Source: Patescibacteria group bacterium (GTDB lineage: Bacteria > Patescibacteriota > Minisyncoccia > Phycocordibacterales > CAIZLB01). Taken from it: a stretch of 64,000 bases of DNA. The stretch covers positions 135,650 to 199,649 of the forward strand of contig JAZKJG010000001.1 in assembly GCA_040384445.1 (NCBI GenBank), given 5' to 3'. A program made the translations under genes and the position numbers. Shown here piece by piece: positions 58,655 through 64,000 of this stretch; positions within the stretch are counted from its first letter, which is position 1; every line of letters starts with the position of its first letter. The notes under the pieces were generated by a model. It worked only from the letters and a program-made list of their open reading frames with translations, made no database searches and was not told the origin of the DNA.

Positions 58655-59554
58655 TTATACCCCTCTCAGCTTCGCCACCCTCTCTTCAACTGGTGGATGT
58701 GACATAAACAATCTTGCAATCGGACCAACACTTTTCTTTTCTTTATCTTCTTCATTTCCAAAAGGATTTGAAATATACATATGCGCAGTTGCCCTTGATG
58801 CTGATGCAAGTGGTGTATGATTGTGATCATGGATTTTCATCAACGCAGAAGCTAAACCTTCAGGATTTTCTGTAATCAATGCTCCTGTCGCATCAGCCTG
58901 AAACTCTCTACTTCTTGAAACAGCGAGTTGAATCATTGTTGCAAAAATTGGTGCAGCAATTAATGTAACTAAACTTAAAATTGGATTACCTCGGTTTTCT
59001 CCATTTCCAGAATTCATAGCAGAAATATGAAGCAGGTGTGTAATCAATCCTGCCATTATCGCAACTACTGATGAGATTAAAATATCTTTATTTCCAATAT
59101 GGGCAAGCTCATGTGCAATTACTCCATCAAGTTCAGAATCATTTAATACAGCAAGCAACCCTGTAGTAACAGCAACTGCTGCATGCTTTGCATTTCTCCC
59201 TGTCGCAAATGCGTTTGGGTTTGCATCTTCAATAATGTGTACACTTGGAACTGGAAGGTTTGCTTTAAATGCAAGTCTGTACACAGAGTTATATGCCCGT
59301 GCACCTTCTGGTGAATTTCTATCGACTGGTTTTGCACCTGCAGACCTGAGTGCAAGTGGGGCTGAAAACCAATATACTCCAAGGTTCATAATGATACTGA
59401 TGGCGAGAGCAAAATATATAAAGTTTACATTTCCAAATTGCTGAGCCAGCATAAAACCAACTAAGGATAGAAGTAGGAATGTTCCTCCCATAAGGAGGAT
59501 AGTTTTAAAGGTATTCGCAGCTTTGTTTTGGAAGAGGTGTTGAGTGTTTGCCAT
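58655..59554 (-). CDS. htpX: Zinc metalloprotease HtpX
   Basis: PNAFATGR, AHELAH, SRSREFQAD, SHPP. Confidence 0.95.
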   Translation of the reverse strand: MANTQHLFQNKAANTFKTILLMGGTFLLLSLVGFMLAQQFGNVNFIYFALAISIIMNLGVYWFSAPLALRSAGAKPVDRNSPEGARAYNSVYRLAFKANLPVPSVHIIEDANPNAFATGRNAKHAAVAVTTGLLAVLNDSELDGVIAHELAHIGNKDILISSVVAIMAGLITHLLHISAMNSGNGENRGNPILSLVTLIAAPIFATMIQLAVSRSREFQADATGALITENPEGLASALMKIHDHNHTPLASASRATAHMYISNPFGNEEDKEKKSVGPIARLFMSHPPVEERVAKLRGV

Positions 59555-59645
59555 AGAGGTATTATAGCACGTGGGTCAAGTCGGATTATTGATTGATTTG
59601 TAAAGTTGTGGTACATATATATATGGTTTACGAACTTTTTTACCT

Positions 59646-60110
59646 ATGTCCAATCCTAAACTTCCTTATTCTGCCAGTCTAGATTCACTCATTGAACAAA
59701 CTGCCGCGTATGCTTTAAGTACCGCAGCGATAGCTCAAACTTCAGGACATGTCTGCATAGCAATGTGCACCACTCCGAATTGTGAGGGCTACGAAATGCT
59801 TCGGAACCTCGGAAAAATTCCTGAGGAGATCGCTCTTCACATTCAAAATCTGCAAGAACATCAGCAAAGACTTAAAATCCAAAACCCTCCCGCACAAAGC
59901 AAACCTTTTAAACAAATTTTTGCCAGTGCTAGAGTAATAGCTCATGGATATAGAGCAGATGAAATTCACACCGGTCATGTTCTTCTTTGCCTGTTTACCA
60001 ACTACGCGTGTATTGCTTCACAATCGCTACGCGTTCATGGTGTTACAGAGAAGGCGCTTCATGAACAATTGACAACACTCCAGCAAGCCTCAACTGCCGT
60101 CATGGCATAA
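59646..60110 (+). CDS. Stand-alone Clp N-terminal domain protein (solo cassette)
   Basis: A..IA......IHTGHVLL.L......A...L...GVT repeat pattern; terminator 60132-60170 with CCCCAAG loop. Confidence 0.7.
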   Translation: MSNPKLPYSASLDSLIEQTAAYALSTAAIAQTSGHVCIAMCTTPNCEGYEMLRNLGKIPEEIALHIQNLQEHQQRLKIQNPPAQSKPFKQIFASARVIAHGYRADEIHTGHVLLCLFTNYACIASQSLRVHGVTEKALHEQLTTLQQASTAVMA

Positions 60111-60190
60111 CCCTTCCCCTTTTTCACACAAAAGCCAGTACCTCCCCAAGGATGTACTGGCTTCTTTTTTAATGCTACAATCCACTTATT

Positions 60191-61525
60191 ATGAAACGAA
60201 CACTCATTAAAGATATATCAGCACACAAAAACGAAGAAGTTTTAGTTAAAGGTTGGGTAAACATTCGAAGAGATCAAGGGAAAATGATTTTTCTCGATTT
60301 TAGAGATATGTCTGGGGTAGTTCAAGGTGTAATTCTTCCAAATCAAACTGAGTGTATCGAAACTGGAAAAAAACTACGTCAAGAGTTCGTGGTTGAAGTC
60401 GTAGGTAAAGTAAACGAACGCCCTGAGAAAAATAAAAAAGAAGGTATTTTAAATGGTGACATCGAGCTTGAGATTTTGAACATTAATATTCTCGCTGAAG
60501 CCGCCACTCTTCCCTTTGATATGTCACTTGATGGATACAACCTTGATCTTGTGACAGAACTTGATAACCGAGCGCTTGCATTCCGACATCCAAAAAATCA
60601 AGCCATCTTTAAAATTAGCGAAACTGTTATAGACAGTTTCCGAGAGTTCATGAAGCAGAATATGTTTTTTGAATTCCAGGCACCAAGTATAACTCCAGCT
60701 ACAGCAGAAGGTGGTGCTGAAGTGTTTGAAGTAGAATATTTTGATAAGAAAGCATATTTGTCGCAATCTCCCCAGTTATATAAACAAATTGTGATGTCTG
60801 CATTTGAACGATGCTATTCAGTGAACAAAGTTTTCCGAGCAGAGCCAAGTACAACAACACGACACCTCACTGAAATCGTTTCTCTCGATGCTGAAATGGG
60901 ATTCATTGATAGTTGGACAGATGTTAAAGATATGGCTGAAGAAACGATTCGATATATTATTACTCAAATCAATACAAAGCATGCAGAACATCTTAAGTTA
61001 TTAGGTGTTGAGTTACCTGTAATGATTGATAAAACTCCAACTATGTCACTTACAGAGGCACATCAGAGAATTTTTGAAGTATACGGACGAGACAATAGAA
61101 ACGATAAAGATTTAAGTAGTCAGGATGAGCTTGAAATTAGTGAGATAGTAAAAAATGAAACAGGTTCTGATTTTGTGTTTGTGTATGGATATCCTACAAA
61201 GAAAAAACCATTCTATGTATTCCCTGACCCATCAAATCCAGAATTTAACGAAGGAGTTGATCTTATTTGTCGAGGTCGTGAACTTCTTTCAGGAGGAAGA
61301 AGAATTAACCGCTACGAACAACTTATGGATCATGTACGAGAATGGAATATGGATCCACTTAAAATCAAAATGTTTCTTGAAGCATTTAAATACGGGGTAC
61401 CACCAGAAGGAGGATTCGCCTTTGGGGCTGAACGAATTGTTATGCAATTCTTAGGACTGAAAAACGTTCGGGAGGCAACAATGTTCCCGAGAGATATGGA
61501 ACGAATCGACGAACGATTAGGATAG
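60191..61525 (+). CDS. aspS: Aspartate--tRNA(Asp/Asn) ligase, short archaeal/non-discriminating type
   Basis: OB-fold (FLDFRD); EGGAEVF, YLSQSPQLYKQ, FRAE...RHL.E, G.PPEGGF..G.ER; 444 aa. Confidence 0.9.
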   Translation: MKRTLIKDISAHKNEEVLVKGWVNIRRDQGKMIFLDFRDMSGVVQGVILPNQTECIETGKKLRQEFVVEVVGKVNERPEKNKKEGILNGDIELEILNINILAEAATLPFDMSLDGYNLDLVTELDNRALAFRHPKNQAIFKISETVIDSFREFMKQNMFFEFQAPSITPATAEGGAEVFEVEYFDKKAYLSQSPQLYKQIVMSAFERCYSVNKVFRAEPSTTTRHLTEIVSLDAEMGFIDSWTDVKDMAEETIRYIITQINTKHAEHLKLLGVELPVMIDKTPTMSLTEAHQRIFEVYGRDNRNDKDLSSQDELEISEIVKNETGSDFVFVYGYPTKKKPFYVFPDPSNPEFNEGVDLICRGRELLSGGRRINRYEQLMDHVREWNMDPLKIKMFLEAFKYGVPPEGGFAFGAERIVMQFLGLKNVREATMFPRDMERIDERLG

Positions 61526-61534
61526 CGTATTGAT

Positions 61535-61597
61535 AAAGTCAAAATAAAAAACACTTGTACCTGGCCGCGACGTACAAGTGTTTTTTATTTTGACTTT
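61535..61597. terminator. Perfect 26-bp inverted repeat, bidirectional terminator
   Basis: AAAGTCAAAATAAAAAACACTTGTAC, 11-nt loop, exact reverse complement; between convergent genes. Confidence 0.8.
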
Positions 61598-61599
61598 TT

Positions 61600-61947
61600 C
61601 TACTGAGCTTCAATATTTGTATCAGCCAATCGATCTTTAATATCCGCAAAAGGATTTGAAGAAACGTTGAGCGCATTGTTCTCTTTTTTGTTTATAGAGT
61701 ATGAATCAATGATTCTTGGAAATGAAATAAAGTACCATCCAACAAACACAGCTGATGTTACAAGAAATGCGACAGAAAATGCAATCACATCTTTATGGTG
61801 ATCTGGTTTTTTTCTTAGTCTATGTACATGATGCTTTGCTTTTCTGTGAAGTCGAATATGCCATTTTTCATACAGCACATCTTCAAATTTTTCTTCAACA
61901 TCATGATATGTCTTTACTAACGAATCTTTAAGTGAAGACTTATGCAT
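61600..61947 (-). CDS. Hypothetical single-TM protein
   Basis: LRKKPDHHK followed by a TM helix. Confidence 0.6.
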   Translation of the reverse strand: MHKSSLKDSLVKTYHDVEEKFEDVLYEKWHIRLHRKAKHHVHRLRKKPDHHKDVIAFSVAFLVTSAVFVGWYFISFPRIIDSYSINKKENNALNVSSNPFADIKDRLADTNIEAQ

Positions 61948-61963
61948 ACAAATAGTATATCAG

Positions 61964-62590
61964 TTACGATCGTATAATGTACAGTTTTTGACTTGCGTTC
62001 TCAAGATCTTTTTTCTTCAGAGTTAACTTTTCTTGAATTTCTGTTTTTGCATCTGCGCCAAGTTCTTTTATAAATGCAGTAAGATGCTCATCTTTTGCAT
62101 CAACAATACCCATCGGGATTACTGCTTTAGGATCAATATTTGTTACCATTTCTGCCGCCTGTTTTGCGTTCAACCTTCCGTCTCCACTAATTGGTAAACA
62201 TAAAATATCAATATCACCTTCTACGGTAATATTTTTCTTATCACTACATGCTCCTAAGAAGAGAACTCTAATTCCATCAAGCTCAAAAATATAATACGTA
62301 GTTCCTGCAGCATGATCTATTCCATCATAGTTTGATTGCATACCATATCCCTTTATAAAAGTTCCTGATACTTCATATTCTCCAGGACCTTTGATCACAT
62401 GAGGTTCCTTGTTTCCGTATGTAAGTTCTTCCCCTCCAGACATATCTTCATGCAAAGTCGATTGCAACACGATGTTAGCGCCAAATTTTGGCCCCTTAAG
62501 AGAAGACTCCTTACCGAAGGGATCTGTTGCCAATACATTGTCCCCTACCTGAAATTTAAAAAATTGGTTTCCGAAAAATTGTATAATCAT
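61964..62590 (-). CDS. MBL-fold metallo-hydrolase-like protein
   Basis: TDPF, GPGEYEV, IDIL.LPI, PKAVIPM. Confidence 0.75.
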   Translation of the reverse strand: MIIQFFGNQFFKFQVGDNVLATDPFGKESSLKGPKFGANIVLQSTLHEDMSGGEELTYGNKEPHVIKGPGEYEVSGTFIKGYGMQSNYDGIDHAAGTTYYIFELDGIRVLFLGACSDKKNITVEGDIDILCLPISGDGRLNAKQAAEMVTNIDPKAVIPMGIVDAKDEHLTAFIKELGADAKTEIQEKLTLKKKDLENASQKLYIIRS

Positions 62591-62634
62591 AACGACTATA
62601 ATAGCACATTAGGAAGCCCTCACAAATTGACATT

Positions 62635-63408
62635 TTAGCCTCTTGACCATGGAATAAACATACTCGTTCTCTGCTTGTAATCCTCCCAACCCGGTCGTCC
62701 TTCAAAACCCTTTTCAAGGAGTGGTACTCCTGATACTTTTAATATTAAGAATGTAATCGTAAGCGGTCCGATGATACTCCAAACACCGTATGGAACAGAG
62801 AGTGCGACAATAAACAATCCCCACCATTGAGTTACTTCTCCAAAATAGTTTGGGTGTCTTGTATATGCCCACAATCCTTGGTCCATTATTTTTCCTTTGT
62901 TTTCTGGATTCACGATAAATGCTTTAAGTTGCGCATCACCTACGCTTTCAAAAATAAATCCTGTAAGCCACACCAAAACTCCAAGAACAAGAAGTATTGA
63001 AATATCTGAGGTTGCATATGTATTTATAAATAAAACTGGCGACACCACAAGCAACATAAGTACTCCCTGTAACACAAATACTTGAAAAAATGATCGAGTA
63101 TAAAACCATTTCCATGTTTGTCTCCAAACAAGATATCGAGGATCTTCACCTTTTTTACTGTTTCTTTTGTGAATATGGTAACTTAATCTACTTCCCCAAA
63201 TTAAAACTAGCGTAGTCACAATAATTTGCTGTATAGTCTGTAACCCATGTATATAAAGCGGAACCAGGGAGGCAACAAAGAAACCTATTCCCCATGCAGT
63301 GTCTGCTACATCATTTCTTTTTCGAATTATAGAGACAATAAACCAAAGTGTCATATACACAGCAATTACAGATGCTGTTGTGATATATGTTTGAATGATT
63401 GGTGCCAT
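62635..63408 (-). CDS. DUF1295 (steroid 5-alpha reductase-like) membrane protein
   Basis: D.AWG, WG.RL, EDPRY, GLWAYTRHPNYFGE. Confidence 0.88.
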   Translation of the reverse strand: MAPIIQTYITTASVIAVYMTLWFIVSIIRKRNDVADTAWGIGFFVASLVPLYIHGLQTIQQIIVTTLVLIWGSRLSYHIHKRNSKKGEDPRYLVWRQTWKWFYTRSFFQVFVLQGVLMLLVVSPVLFINTYATSDISILLVLGVLVWLTGFIFESVGDAQLKAFIVNPENKGKIMDQGLWAYTRHPNYFGEVTQWWGLFIVALSVPYGVWSIIGPLTITFLILKVSGVPLLEKGFEGRPGWEDYKQRTSMFIPWSRG

Positions 63409-63409
63409 A

Positions 63410-63817
63410 TTATAGTTTCATTATTTTCATAATCCATACTGCAATAGTACTTGCTGTTCCTGTGAGAAAAGCACCCCACATGAGATCAACCACAGTTACT
63501 ATAGTTGGCCAGTTCTTAAGTGTCGCTTGGTTTGTAAGATCATATGTACCATACGCAATAAGCCCAAGGAATGCACCAGTAAGAAACACAGTTCCAAGAC
63601 TTGCGTTTGCTCGAAGAAGAGGCATTACTACAAAATACAAAACACCCACTCCATATAACACATAAAATATCAGGGCAGGTGTAAGCGATGGTTTATCTGC
63701 AAATAATTCACCAAGATGTTTTGTGTAGAACGTTTTAATCATTGTCGTAAGCCAAACTATGTCGAGTAAGAGCATTGGAACAATGGTAGCAAAAAATCCT
63801 ATGATGTATGTTTTCAT
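63410..63817 (-). CDS. DUF2177 family membrane protein
   Basis: LDIVWL, AYGTYDLTN.ATLKNW......DLMWG. Confidence 0.85.
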   Translation of the reverse strand: MKTYIIGFFATIVPMLLLDIVWLTTMIKTFYTKHLGELFADKPSLTPALIFYVLYGVGVLYFVVMPLLRANASLGTVFLTGAFLGLIAYGTYDLTNQATLKNWPTIVTVVDLMWGAFLTGTASTIAVWIMKIMKL

Positions 63818-63889
63818 AGGATGATTATACGCCTTTGTTTTCTTACGAACAAGGTGAGTTGGAAAACAACAGGTACTCTTGGGGTACTT

Positions 63890-64000
63890 CTATTTTTGCT
63901 TAAACTTTGCAAACATGTCGATCAGCTTATCCAGCTTTGCATTTACACTATTGAGCTCTCTTTTAAACTCAGCAAACTTAAGATCTGTTGCTTGAGCATC
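63890..64000 (-). CDS. 3' end of a CDS truncated by the window end
   Basis: Open frame DAQATDLKFAEFKRELNSVNAKLDKLIDMFAKFKQK-stop, coiled-coil-like. Confidence 0.5.
   Translation of the reverse strand, partial: DAQATDLKFAEFKRELNSVNAKLDKLIDMFAKFKQK

Noticed and set aside
12688-60170. Classical integron with attC cassettes
   Set aside because: No IntI in the window, hairpins lack consistent RYYYAAC/GTTRRRY ends, and units carry their own promoters and are dispersed on both strands rather than arrayed.
1-64000. CRISPR array or cas genes
   Set aside because: No regularly spaced 23-47 bp repeats with unique spacers. The only periodic repeats are in-frame coding repeats at about 30390-31120.
1-64000. 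Recoded TGA (genetic code 25, as in Gracilibacteria/Absconditabacteria)
   Set aside because: Core genes are full length under code 11 and use TGG/GGN normally; TGA terminates several ORFs just before their terminators.

Overview
AT-rich bacterial chromosome segment, standard genetic code, most consistent with Patescibacteria (CPR, probably Parcubacteria). This placement is inferred from the near absence of Shine-Dalgarno sites, apparently leaderless core genes, short SMC, degenerate PriA and HisS-like genes, archaeal-type AspRS and peptidoglycan-binding surface proteins. The backbone is housekeeping: transketolase N-half, scpAB, mraY-ftsW-murG, cysS, ung, tRNA-Asn(GTT), ABC-F, smc, rnr, lepB, pth, rpsA, rpmA, fmt, def, priA, pseudouridine synthase, htpX, aspS. 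About 23 self-contained single-gene 'solo cassettes' are interspersed through it. They typically combine a sigma70-type promoter (often TTGACA with a 16-17 bp spacer), a C/U-rich SD-less leader often containing (C/T)TTAACCC, an orphan or foreign-looking ORF, and a long bulged terminator hairpin whose loop is often C-rich and ends in CAA(G). Several cargo genes look derived from a diderm host: a PEP-CTERM protein, a Verrucomicrobia-like MarR, a protein with an 'SxDLxxW...FFR' tail, an FN3 protein and a stand-alone Clp-N domain. Other observations: ORF-less units that may be ncRNAs, a 67-bp promoter duplication at the tRNA-Asn 3' end, a tandem trio of diverged orphan paralogs, and a lysozyme-like gene with a structured leader and probable non-AUG start. 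No integrase, transposase, reverse transcriptase or CRISPR array was seen. All family assignments come from motif recognition by eye; no database searches were run.
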